Part shown: piece by piece, positions 36,551 through 46,062 of the stretch
Position numbering within the stretch: position 1 is the first letter of the stretch
How the letters are laid out: each line of letters begins with the position of its first letter
Virus record (IMG/VR): IMGVR_UViG_2731957960_000004
Span: 822 to 64,821 of that record
Reading direction: 5' to 3' (one strand)
Source: a virus
Taxonomy: Duplodnaviria; Caudoviricetes
DNA: 64,000 nucleotides
Notes under the pieces: generated by a model
Databases searched by the model: none
Seen by the model: the letters and a program-made list of their open reading frames with translations, nothing else
Told to the model about the DNA's origin: nothing
Made by a program: the position numbers and the translations under genes

Positions 36551-36903
36551 TGCCCGTTGAGACCGAAGACGATCTGTTGATCTTCCTCAACCCCGACGAG
36601 TTCGGGGTTGAGGCGTCTTATGTCTCGCGTGAAGACGGCGCTGAGCCGAAGACTGTCCCCGGCATGTTCGATGACGAAGGGAGCAACTGGAATCCGAACC
36701 GTTGGACCGGCACGGAGTTTCAGATGCAGATGGGCGCTCACGTCGAGTCAACTGGCCCGACGTTTCAGTGCCGGACGGCCGACCTGCACAAGGGCGGTCG
36801 CAAGGGCGAGAAGCTGACCATCAAGGGCACCGAATACAGGATCGAGGGCAAGCGACCGGACGGCACCGGCATGACGCTGCTCCTTTTGATGGCGAATGAT
36901 TGA
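36550..36903 (+). CDS. Head-tail joining protein
   Basis: FLNPDEFG, PDGTGMTLL. Confidence 0.75.
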   Translation: MPVETEDDLLIFLNPDEFGVEASYVSREDGAEPKTVPGMFDDEGSNWNPNRWTGTEFQMQMGAHVESTGPTFQCRTADLHKGGRKGEKLTIKGTEYRIEGKRPDGTGMTLLLLMAND

Positions 36904-37427
36904 TGGCCCATCCTCGCAAGCTGATCCGCCTCGCATTCAAAAACCGACTGGCCCTTCCGCTGCCGGACGGTAGCTTTCGCACGGCCGCAGGGTCGCGCGT
37001 CTATGCAAGCCGGCTTGCGCCGGTCTCCGAAGAGGAACTGAAGGAAGATGGCCCGGCCATCCTCGTTTACGCGCGGATGGAGAAGTACAACGCCGACAAG
37101 GACTATGGCGTCGAGGGCATCGCTACGAACGTCGAGCGCGAACTGACGCTTGTCACCGAAGCGATGACGCTCGGCGGCGAGACCGTTGACGACAAGCTCG
37201 ACGACATGGCCGAAGAGATGGAGGCTGCGCTTAGCGACTTCGAGATTCCCGGCTTTGAGACCGCGCGCATCCGCCTGATCGAGTCCGACATCGACGTTAT
37301 CACCGAGCAGGTCAAGCGGCCCGTTGGCGCTATCGGCCTCGTTTGGCAGATCAATTACCGCACCGCATGGCGCGCTCGCTCCAACGTGGATGCGCCCGAC
37401 TATGACTTCTTGAACAACCCGACGTGA
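36903..37427 (+). CDS. Tail terminator-like protein
   Basis: HPRKLIR, RVYASR, DDKLDDMAEEME. Confidence 0.65.
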   Translation: MAHPRKLIRLAFKNRLALPLPDGSFRTAAGSRVYASRLAPVSEEELKEDGPAILVYARMEKYNADKDYGVEGIATNVERELTLVTEAMTLGGETVDDKLDDMAEEMEAALSDFEIPGFETARIRLIESDIDVITEQVKRPVGAIGLVWQINYRTAWRARSNVDAPDYDFLNNPT

Positions 37428-37434
37428 GGCTCGC

Positions 37435-38250
37435 ATGAAGTTTCTGCGCGATCCCGCGAGCACTGGCGGCGTTAGTGATCCCGAAGCGACGGACATTGAC
37501 CGGCGCGCGCAGGACATCGTCAAGTTCGGTCGCGTCAAGGAAGTCGATTACAAGCGCAGCCCGCCGTCCTATCGCATCGAGATCGGTGACGAGAACGACG
37601 AAGACAACTACATCCTGACCGATTGGCTCCCGGCGACCGGCGGTCGCGCCAAGGGCGACCGCGAGACGCACTATCTGGAGAAGGGTGAGAAGGTCGCGCT
37701 GCTTGCCGAAGGTGGCGAGCTTTCGACGGCCTATGTCATGCCCGCCGGGCAGTACACCGAAGAGGAAGACGAGAAGGAAACGACCGATAAGGCGGGTGTT
37801 TGGCGCAAAGTCTTCCAGAAGCCGAAGAGCAAGGACGGCGAAGGTGGCGAGGGCGATGAGGGCGGCGAAGGCGGCGAGGAAGGTGGAGAAGGCGAGGAAG
37901 ACGAAATCCTTGGCGAGATCAGCTACGACCGCAATACGGGCGACTGGCTGATCAAGGGCATTGAAGGCAAGGGCTCGATCACGCTCGAAGGCTCGGGCTG
38001 CAAGATCGTCATGAAGGACGGCACGATCACGCTGAAGGCGAAGAACTTCGTCGTCGAGATGGAAGAGAATGTCCAGATCGAAGCGGGCGATAAGTTCGAG
38101 TCGAAGGCCAGCGAGTCGCACCATACCGCCGAAGAGACCTTCAAGACCATCGGCAAGACGATGCTCGGTCTCGACGACGAAGGCGACGAGGCCAAGGACA
38201 AGGTCGTGACCGAAGCCGGGCCGGCGAAGCAGACGTTTGCGAAGATGTAA
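37435..38250 (+). CDS. Baseplate spike protein (P2 gpV-like), very acidic
   Basis: IVKFGRVKEVDY, TDWLP, GEKVALL..GGEL, ISYD. Confidence 0.8.
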   Translation: MKFLRDPASTGGVSDPEATDIDRRAQDIVKFGRVKEVDYKRSPPSYRIEIGDENDEDNYILTDWLPATGGRAKGDRETHYLEKGEKVALLAEGGELSTAYVMPAGQYTEEEDEKETTDKAGVWRKVFQKPKSKDGEGGEGDEGGEGGEEGGEGEEDEILGEISYDRNTGDWLIKGIEGKGSITLEGSGCKIVMKDGTITLKAKNFVVEMEENVQIEAGDKFESKASESHHTAEETFKTIGKTMLGLDDEGDEAKDKVVTEAGPAKQTFAKM

Positions 38251-38252
38251 TA

Positions 38253-38297
38253 GGCGACCAAACCAGTCTGTCGGCGATCCCTACGTCGCGGCACGGT
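38253..38297 (+). promoter_or_regulatory. Putative late promoter, copy 2
   Basis: GGCGAC-N6-AGTC, N23, CACGGT. Confidence 0.5.
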
Positions 38298-38304
38298 ACG
38301 CCTT

Positions 38305-38718
38305 ATGGCAACTATTGACCGTTTCACTGGCAGGCCGCTCGAAGGCATCGACGATGTCTGGCAGTCGATTGCGACCATTCTGAGCACCCCCCTCGCGGGG
38401 CTCGTTATGGCACGCGATTTCGGCTCCAAGATGCCGCGCCTCGTTGACCGCGCCGTGAGCCAGGTCACGCTGATCGAGTTCTATGCGGCCGTGCCGGACG
38501 CGATCAATCGCATCAATCCAGAGGCGTTGATGGCGGAAGAGCCGCGCTTCCGCATCATTCAGATGACGCTCGCCGACATGACCGATGCCGGCCATGCGAC
38601 GTTCGACATCGACGGCATCTATTACCCGCGTGGTCATCTTGGCGACTACTCCGAAGCGCGCGATGCGCAAGGTCGCGTCATCGTCGCGAACAATCTCGTG
38701 ATCGGGAGCTATGTATAA
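38305..38718 (+). CDS. Baseplate wedge protein (P2 gpW / T4 gp25 family)
   Basis: QSIATILSTP...RDFGS...EPRF. Confidence 0.88.
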   Translation: MATIDRFTGRPLEGIDDVWQSIATILSTPLAGLVMARDFGSKMPRLVDRAVSQVTLIEFYAAVPDAINRINPEALMAEEPRFRIIQMTLADMTDAGHATFDIDGIYYPRGHLGDYSEARDAQGRVIVANNLVIGSYV

Positions 38719-39575
38719 TGGACGCGCCGCTTCCGAACCTGCCGCTCCCGGTTATCGAACGCGAGCCTGAGTTTCAGATCCTTTTTGATGCGCGCCTGAC
38801 GCAGATGCGTGGCCTCTTGGAGACCGCAGGTCTCGATTGGGACACTTGGATGCTGCGGTCGGACCCCATCAACAACGTCTGCCGTCACGCCGCGTATGGC
38901 GATCTGCTGTATGTCACGTCGCTCAACGATACGTTCCGCGCCACGCTGATCGACTTCGGCCAGGGCGCCGATCTTATTGCGCAGGCGTCGGATTGGAATT
39001 TGGAGCGTGCCGAAGGCGAGACCATCGACGATCTGCGACGCCGTTTGCGCGAGCGCAAGAAGGGGCAGGGCGGTTTCACCGACAATTGGTACAAGCGGTT
39101 CGCCTTCGAGGCCGCGCCGCTGCTCGTTGCCGACGTTGGCGTTGCTGGCGACTCCAAGGGCGGCGTAAAGGTCTCGATCCTGTCGGCCGAAGCCAACGGC
39201 GTCGCGAGCCCCGAGCTTCTGGCGACCGTGAATGCCGCGCTCAATCAGCCGACCGTGCTGGGCGACAACGATCATATTGAGGTTGTGCCTGCGGTGATCC
39301 GCGTCGTCAACGTCGAGGCTGACGTGTGGCTTCTGCCCGAAGCGCCGGCCAACGAACTGACGAGCGCCGAAGCGCGCCTCAAGACTGAGTTCGCCGCCGC
39401 GCGGCGGCTCGGCTGGGACTTCACCGCCGACTTCGTGATCGCGGCCCTGCGCACGTCTGGCGTCCGCCGGATCGTCATGCTCACGCCGGCCGCCGACTCG
39501 TATGTGCGCGCCGAACCGAATGAGGCCGTGGCGCTCGGCACCGTGAAGCTCAACTTCAAGGGTCGGTCCTACTAA
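38718..39575 (+). CDS. Baseplate J-like protein
   Basis: LRSDP, GETIDDLRRR, GVASPELL. Confidence 0.85.
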   Translation: MDAPLPNLPLPVIEREPEFQILFDARLTQMRGLLETAGLDWDTWMLRSDPINNVCRHAAYGDLLYVTSLNDTFRATLIDFGQGADLIAQASDWNLERAEGETIDDLRRRLRERKKGQGGFTDNWYKRFAFEAAPLLVADVGVAGDSKGGVKVSILSAEANGVASPELLATVNAALNQPTVLGDNDHIEVVPAVIRVVNVEADVWLLPEAPANELTSAEARLKTEFAAARRLGWDFTADFVIAALRTSGVRRIVMLTPAADSYVRAEPNEAVALGTVKLNFKGRSY

Positions 39576-40426
39576 TGACTAACCTGATCGACATCGTACC
39601 TCGCTCAGCTTCGCCGCTCGAACGTGCCAGCGTGCAGGTCGTTGACTCGCGCGAGCGTTACAAGTCGCTTGTGCAGTCGATCATCGACGTGCGCTATCTC
39701 GATACGATCCCCGCAGACATCCTGCCGTGGTTGCTGCGCCATTGGGGCCTTGAGGACGCGGCTGCGTTCACGCCCGACCATCAGCGCCTCTATAAGGAAG
39801 GGAAGCACTGGCAGACGGTGCGCGGCCGTGTAGAGGCATACGAGATCATCTTCGACTGGCTTGCCCTCGAAGGTGAGTATGAGCGTGGCACGCGCGGCGA
39901 CGTGCGCTGGGGCCTGTTCCAGCTTGGTCTCGAAGCCGAGCCGGCGATGACCACGCTGATCAATCTGATCGGTCTCGCCAATCTCTCGAAGCGTGCATCG
40001 AGCGTGCTGGGGCGCGTCTACGGCGGATATGACATCCGGCCGGTGCGCCTCGACATGATGCGCCTCGATGGTGCGTTGCTCGACGATTGGTCCGGCGTCT
40101 ATCTGTCGGGGATCAAGCCGAAGCTCTCCTTCGGTCGCCAGCACGGCGGTCCCATCGACTTGATGCCGGTTCTGTCCGGCGGCGCTTATGCGGCGCATGA
40201 GGGTGTTGCGCGCTTCGAGGAAGGCTTCGTGTTCGACCGTTCGGTCCTCGATCAGGAAGTCGTCGAGCCGTCCGTTGTCGCCATTCAGGCCGCATTCTCT
40301 GCCGAGCAAATCGACCTCGCCGATGACGTGTCGATGCCTTGGCCCAATTCGCCCTGGCCGCAACTCGGCTGGTCCTACTTTGAACCTTTCACCATTTATG
40401 GAGGCCCTGATGGCTCTTCTGGTTAA
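39575..40426 (+). CDS. Tail protein I-like
   Basis: PRSASPLERA, ILPWLLRHWG, RG. Confidence 0.8.
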   Translation: MTNLIDIVPRSASPLERASVQVVDSRERYKSLVQSIIDVRYLDTIPADILPWLLRHWGLEDAAAFTPDHQRLYKEGKHWQTVRGRVEAYEIIFDWLALEGEYERGTRGDVRWGLFQLGLEAEPAMTTLINLIGLANLSKRASSVLGRVYGGYDIRPVRLDMMRLDGALLDDWSGVYLSGIKPKLSFGRQHGGPIDLMPVLSGGAYAAHEGVARFEEGFVFDRSVLDQEVVEPSVVAIQAAFSAEQIDLADDVSMPWPNSPWPQLGWSYFEPFTIYGGPDGSSG

Positions 40427-41108
40427 TAGCGGCCGAGCGGGCTTGGCCGGCGCCTTGCGCGCGCGCCCGATGTTCTTCGCGTGGGGCCGTGGTGCCTCTT
40501 GGTGGGGCGCGACGGATGTCGTGAACAAGACCTTCGCCGGGTCGCCCGAGCGCATCACGCTCGATCACGCCCCGGTGGCGTCACTGACCCTGCGCAACGG
40601 CGAAAGCGCGCAGGTCTATCAGTCGCCCGCCGACTACACCTATGACAACAACACGGGCGTCGTCACGCGCGTCAACGGCGGCGCTATCTCTGCGGGCTCG
40701 ACGGTGCAAGCGCAGGTCGTCTACGGCACTACGCCGCTCTCCGCATCCGACACCGGCTTGGTCAGCGAAGTCGGCCGTCGTCAGGCCGCGTCCGTCGAGT
40801 TCGTCAATCCCGATCCGAACGGCACCATCAGCACGCCGGGCGGTAATCGGTGGACGGTCTCGGTCACGCCGACCCGCTACCTCTATGTGCAGGTCTTGTT
40901 CGACTACCTCGAAGCGCAGACCGAAACGATCCGCGAAGTCGGCATCTTCGTCGATGGCACGCGCAAGGCGGGAGTGCCTGAAGGGCAACTGTACTTGACT
41001 CCCGAAGAAGTCGATCAGCCGGGATACTTGCTTCTGCTCGACCGCTTCGCCGGCATCGCTCGCTCTCCGAGTTCGCGGCAAGGCTTCTCATACGTTTTGG
41101 TGATCTAA
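40410..41108 (+). CDS. Baseplate/tail-associated protein
   Basis: MALLVNSGRAGLA, FAWGRG, EVGRR, TIREVGIF. Confidence 0.7.
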   Translation: MALLVNSGRAGLAGALRARPMFFAWGRGASWWGATDVVNKTFAGSPERITLDHAPVASLTLRNGESAQVYQSPADYTYDNNTGVVTRVNGGAISAGSTVQAQVVYGTTPLSASDTGLVSEVGRRQAASVEFVNPDPNGTISTPGGNRWTVSVTPTRYLYVQVLFDYLEAQTETIREVGIFVDGTRKAGVPEGQLYLTPEEVDQPGYLLLLDRFAGIARSPSSRQGFSYVLVI

Positions 41109-44100
41109 TGGCTGACGCCCGCGACAACCTTCCGGCATACATCAACACCTTTAACCGCGCTAAGGGCTTCCAGCGCCTCGCGGCTCACTATGACCGCTTC
41201 CTGACGAGCAATGAGATCAATGTCATTCAGGACATTGACGCCGACCGCGTGAAGCAGATCGCCGACGCCTTCTGGCGCGACGGTTCGCTCGTCAGCGGCG
41301 GCGCAATCGTTCTCGGCCCCATCGTTAACGCGACGGTTGAAGCGCGGTTGGCAGCGGCCAAGGTTTACATTCGCGGCGCCGTGCATGACATCGAAGCGCG
41401 CAATCTCGTTGTGTCCGCAGTTGGCACCATCGTCATCGGCATTCGCCTGCGCACGTACACTTTGACGTTTGAAGACGACGTGACCCTGAAGGGTATGGCC
41501 CCCGGCACGCGCGCGCAGGGCGAGCCCGGCGCTTCGGCGCTCGTTATGAAGGGGCGCTGGGGCTTTGAGGGTGACGGCGAGGAAGGCGACTTCTTCCCGA
41601 TCCACACCATCACTGACGGCACCATTGATACGCCCGGCGAGCCCGGTATCGACGACGCTTGGGCGAACCTGCTCGCGCGCTATGACCGGGAAGCTCACGG
41701 CGGCTACGTTGTGGACGGCTTCAAGGTGCAAGCCCTTGGCATGGACGCTGGCAAGCAGGTCTTCACCGTCTCAGAAGGCACCATCAACGTCTACGGCTAC
41801 AAGCGAACCCGGCCTGCCTCGTATCGCCTGCGCGTAACCGAGAACCCGGAAATCATCCTGATCGATGACGAGCCGCATGCCGTCAATTCCGGCGCGCAGA
41901 CCATCGTCGTTCGCTTCGCTCCCATCGCCGAAATCGTCGAATGCACGATCATCGCCGAGAAAACCGTCACGCTGACGCACGGCGCTTATACCGGCGTGTC
42001 CGACGCGCTGCCCGATCCGACCGTGCTCTCGATCAGCGATGTCCGGCAGGGCGGCACCGTCTACACTCAGACCACGGACTATAAGCTGGCCGGCGCTGCG
42101 ATTGATTGGTCGCCGACCGGCGCTGAAATGGCACCGGGCTCGACCTATCAGATCACTTACCGCTACCTGACCAATGCGGTCCCGACGAACATCCAGCGTG
42201 ATCGCTTCAACATCACGGGCGCTGCGGACGGCACTGTCGCCTACGTCAAGTATCGCACGAAGCTGCCGCGCTATGACGCCGTCGTGGTCGATCAAGCCGG
42301 TGTGATCTCCTACCTCGAAGGCATCTCTTCGCTGTACGCACCGCAGGTCGTGCAGGTCGCGCCGACGCTCGTCAAACTGGCCGATGTCTTCAACAATTGG
42401 GGCCTTGTCCCGACCGTGCGCCAGGTCGGAACCGTCCGCATGCCGTACTCCGACCTGCGCAGCCTCGAAGGCATGGTCGGCGATCTCTACGCGCTCGTTG
42501 CGGAAGAGCGGCTTCAGCGCGACGTGGACCGCAAGGAAGTGACGGCCAAGCGCGGCGTCTTCGTCGATCCGCTGCTCGACGACGATATGCGCGATCAGGG
42601 CATCACGCAAACCGGCGCAATCTTCAGCGGTAAGCTGTGGCTCCCGATCACTCCGACCGTCACGACGCTCCCGGTGGCGCCCACGACGCTGTCCTACACG
42701 TCCGAGAACGTGTTCGAGCAGCGCCAGATCACGGGCGAGACCAAGATCAACCCCTACTCTTCGTTCGGCCCGCCGCCGACCGATGTCACGCTGAATCCCT
42801 CCGTTGATCTTTGGACGGAGACGCGGGACGTGTGGACCTCGATCCAGACGGCCCGGCAGGTCGGTTGGGGCGGCGTCCTGTGGGCTCAGACGCAAGAGTT
42901 TCAGGATCGTGTCGTGAGCAACATCACGACCGAGATCGAGACCATCCGTCAGCGTTCGGTCGGCTTCACGATCAACAAGTGGGGCTTCAACGAAGTCCTG
43001 ACGAAGGTCACGTTCGACGACATCGACGTGACGCCGGCCGGTGTGATCCGCGCCGACGCCAATGGCACGCTCGTCAGTTCATTCCAGATTCCGGCGGGCG
43101 TCCCGGTCGGTGTGAAGCATGTCGGCTTCGAGGGCTTCGGCGGCTCGAAGTGCAATGCGCTCTACACCGCCTACGGCTGGCTGACGACCGTCACCAACGA
43201 GCGCAACGTCATTACCACGAACTACTGGTACAACCCCGATCCGGTTGCGCAGACCTTCCGCTTGCAGGAACCGCGTCAGGTTCTCGGCGTGGACGTAAAG
43301 TTCACCAAGATCGGCGACCGCAACAAGCCGGTGCGTATCCAGATTCGCGAAGTCGAACTCGGCATCCCGACCGAGCGCGTCGTGGCCGAAAGCGTGCTCG
43401 ACATGCATGGGGTCACGGCCATCGACCCGCTTTCGACCGCCCCGCGCCTTGAATCCCATTGGACGTTCGCTGCGTTCGACCGCCCGACCACGCTGCGCGA
43501 AGATCGCAACTATGCGATCACCGTCCTGACCGAAGATGCGATCCACTCGGTTGCCATCGCTGATCTCGGCGGCTTCGATCAGATCAACGGCTGGGTGACG
43601 AGCAACGCGTTCCCGCTCGGCACCTTCCTCGACGGTTCGGACGCGCGCACTTGGCTTCCGAAGCCGGGTCGCTCGCTGACCTTCCGTCTGCGCGTCGCCA
43701 AGTATGCGCCGGCCACGCGCACGATTGAGGTTGGCGAAGTCACCGTCACGAACTGCTCTGACCTCATGCCGCTGCTTGTTGCCGAGCGTCCCGAGAACAC
43801 GGCTATCGAAGTCGAGTTTGAAGCGCCGAACGGCGCGAAGTACGTCACGGGTCCGGCGGTGAACATCCAGCTTCCGTCCGCGATCACCGGCACGCTGAAG
43901 GTCCGCCTGCGCATGATCGGCACTGCGGCCCTGTCGCCGCTCATGGTGCCGTACATTCAGGTCGTGGCCGGCTCGATCCAGTCCGAAGGCGACTATGTGA
44001 GCCGTGCGTTCGAGGCTGGCACCGACTCGAAGATTCGCGTGATCCTCGACGTGTATCTGCCCTCGACCTCGACCTTGACTGCGCAGGTCCAGACCTCCGA

Positions 44101-44302
44101 GGCCGCTGGCCTCCCGGTGTGGTCGGCAGTGACGCTTGAGAAGGCCACGCCGCTCGGCGACGGCTGGGAAGAGCGGCAGTACATGATCGACCACGTCAAC
44201 AGCAACATCTCGCGCGCGAAGGTCGTGATCACGGGCGGTCCCGCTGCTCGGTCCAACGTTCGCAACATCCGCTGCGTCGCAGTCCAGTCCACCACGGGTT
44301 AA
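41108..44302 (+). CDS. Large baseplate/virion protein (DUF4815-like)
   Basis: 1064 aa; ARYDRE..GGYVV.G, GVFVDP, DPVAQTF. Confidence 0.75.
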   Translation: MADARDNLPAYINTFNRAKGFQRLAAHYDRFLTSNEINVIQDIDADRVKQIADAFWRDGSLVSGGAIVLGPIVNATVEARLAAAKVYIRGAVHDIEARNLVVSAVGTIVIGIRLRTYTLTFEDDVTLKGMAPGTRAQGEPGASALVMKGRWGFEGDGEEGDFFPIHTITDGTIDTPGEPGIDDAWANLLARYDREAHGGYVVDGFKVQALGMDAGKQVFTVSEGTINVYGYKRTRPASYRLRVTENPEIILIDDEPHAVNSGAQTIVVRFAPIAEIVECTIIAEKTVTLTHGAYTGVSDALPDPTVLSISDVRQGGTVYTQTTDYKLAGAAIDWSPTGAEMAPGSTYQITYRYLTNAVPTNIQRDRFNITGAADGTVAYVKYRTKLPRYDAVVVDQAGVISYLEGISSLYAPQVVQVAPTLVKLADVFNNWGLVPTVRQVGTVRMPYSDLRSLEGMVGDLYALVAEERLQRDVDRKEVTAKRGVFVDPLLDDDMRDQGITQTGAIFSGKLWLPITPTVTTLPVAPTTLSYTSENVFEQRQITGETKINPYSSFGPPPTDVTLNPSVDLWTETRDVWTSIQTARQVGWGGVLWAQTQEFQDRVVSNITTEIETIRQRSVGFTINKWGFNEVLTKVTFDDIDVTPAGVIRADANGTLVSSFQIPAGVPVGVKHVGFEGFGGSKCNALYTAYGWLTTVTNERNVITTNYWYNPDPVAQTFRLQEPRQVLGVDVKFTKIGDRNKPVRIQIREVELGIPTERVVAESVLDMHGVTAIDPLSTAPRLESHWTFAAFDRPTTLREDRNYAITVLTEDAIHSVAIADLGGFDQINGWVTSNAFPLGTFLDGSDARTWLPKPGRSLTFRLRVAKYAPATRTIEVGEVTVTNCSDLMPLLVAERPENTAIEVEFEAPNGAKYVTGPAVNIQLPSAITGTLKVRLRMIGTAALSPLMVPYIQVVAGSIQSEGDYVSRAFEAGTDSKIRVILDVYLPSTSTLTAQVQTSEAAGLPVWSAVTLEKATPLGDGWEERQYMIDHVNSNISRAKVVITGGPAARSNVRNIRCVAVQSTTG

Positions 44303-44307
44303 TGTAA

Positions 44308-45244
44308 ATGGCTGAAGAGACCACTTCGCGCGGTTATCCGCTCCCGAATCCCGACAACATCGCGCGTGAGGATGCTACCCGCATCCGCAACGCGATCGAG
44401 GCGATCAGCGGTGACATCGACGCGCTTGAAGGTGATACCGCGACGGCATCCGAGACCGTGACGGGCGGCGTCCGCCTCGCCACGGAAGCGGAAGCGACCG
44501 GCGGCACCGCGACCAACGCTGTGCCTGTCGTGAAGCGCGTCAAGGACATGATCACGGCCGCTCTCAACAGCACGTTGCCGCCTGCAATCGCGAACGCGGT
44601 CGCCAACCTTGTCAGCACCGCGCCCGCTACCTTTGGATACGCTCGGCGAGATCGCCAACGCCATCGAAGATGACCGCGAAGTTCTTGATGTTCTCGATGC
44701 GGCTATCGGGACCAAGGTCTCGAAGGCAAGCAATCTTTCGGACCTGGACAACGTCGCAACTGCGCGCACCAATCTCGGTCTCGGCGCGCTCGCCGTGAAA
44801 GGCGTCGTCGATGCCACCACGTTGATCGCAGACGGTATTGTCACGTATGCGAAGCTCGCGGCGGGCGCTGTTGCGACCGCAGCCGAGTTGTGCGCGAACA
44901 CCGCGAGCAAGCTTCTCAGCGTGAGTTCGTTGTGGAGCGCGGCAAGCGTCGTCGATCTAGGCAATGTCAGCGGCACCGTCACTATCGACTTCGCTACCGG
45001 ACTGAATTTCAAGATGACGACGACGGGCAGCATCACGCTTGCTAACCCGACGAATTTGAAGAGCGGACAAGCGTTCGGCCTCAAGATCGCGATGGGTGGC
45101 GCGCACACGATTGCCGTGGGATCGGAATGGCGAGTCATTGGCGGCACCGCGCCGACCTATAACAACACCAACGGCACGAACAACTACATCTCAGGTCAGC
45201 GGTGCGACGCGGGCATCATCGCCTATGCCGGGGGCAAGCTGTGA
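44308..45244 (+). pseudogene. Tail fibre gene interrupted by a +1 frameshift at 44632-44634
   Basis: Frame 1 ...LVSTAPAT joins frame 2 LDTLGEIANAI, restoring the common APATLDTL.EIA tail-fibre motif; NLSDL...ARTNLGL follows. Confidence 0.7.
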
Positions 45245-45954
45245 GCAATCGCCTCTTGGTTCCTAAGAAGGATCGCGCTCTCTTCGCGCCCGCTATCATC
45301 CGGCCCAGGGCAATCCTTCCCGGCATCATGCTCCCCGTTCGGGGCATCACCGGCCTGCCTCCGGTAACTCCCGGCAGTGCTACCTACAACGCGTCTGGCT
45401 CGCTGGTGGTCCCGGCCTTCAACACCATCACGTTCACCCTCTGGGGTCCGGGCGGCGGCGGCTGCGGGTTCAGCAACTCAGGAACGGGCGGCTCGGCATC
45501 GTCCATTCCCTCTCTGGGCCTCACGGCTAACGGAGGCGGTGGAGGTCGGGCATGGAACGGTGCCGACATTGCGGCTGGCGTCGGTGGCACTGCCTCGGGC
45601 GGTACGTCCAACTACACGGGCGGTGCGGGAGTATCCTCGTGGTACGTATTGAGCACCGCACATGGAGGCAATGGCGCTAACGGTGGTGGTACGGGCGGCA
45701 GGTTAGGCGGCGGCGAGTTTTTTGTAGCCGCGCAGCCGCCCGGCGGTGGCGGTTATGGGGGCTGGGACGACATGGAGAGCGGCGGCGCTGGCGGTGGCGG
45801 CGGCGGCTGTTGCGTGAGGGCATACACCCTCGGTCAGCTTACCGTTGGGAGCACCATCGCGTTCACCATCGGCACGGGCGGCGCTGCTGGCTATGCAGAA
45901 TATCTCGCCGCGGAGGCTGGACAAGCTGGCCGCCTCTACGTCGTCTGGAGTTAG
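45241..45954 (+). CDS. Glycine-rich tail fibre/receptor-binding-associated protein
   Basis: LWGPGGGG, ANGGGGG, IGTGGAAG, GQAGRLYVVW; GTGA overlap. Confidence 0.7.
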   Translation: MSNRLLVPKKDRALFAPAIIRPRAILPGIMLPVRGITGLPPVTPGSATYNASGSLVVPAFNTITFTLWGPGGGGCGFSNSGTGGSASSIPSLGLTANGGGGGRAWNGADIAAGVGGTASGGTSNYTGGAGVSSWYVLSTAHGGNGANGGGTGGRLGGGEFFVAAQPPGGGGYGGWDDMESGGAGGGGGGCCVRAYTLGQLTVGSTIAFTIGTGGAAGYAEYLAAEAGQAGRLYVVWS

Positions 45955-45982
45955 AATGGCAGACGAAATCTGTCTCGCTAAG

Positions 45983-46027
45983 GGCTACTCAAACGGTCCC
46001 GACGCCGTGAACGACCATCGTTAGGGT
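45983..46027 (+). promoter_or_regulatory. Putative late promoter, copy 3
   Basis: GGCTACTCAAACGGTC, N23, TAGGGT. Confidence 0.6.
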
Positions 46028-46062
46028 TCGATCAATCCCAAGACTGAGGATTGAGAGAAACC

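Noticed and set aside
44308-45954. Diversity-generating retroelement or invertible tail-fibre cassette
   Set aside because: No reverse transcriptase, template repeat, invertase or flanking inverted repeats seen
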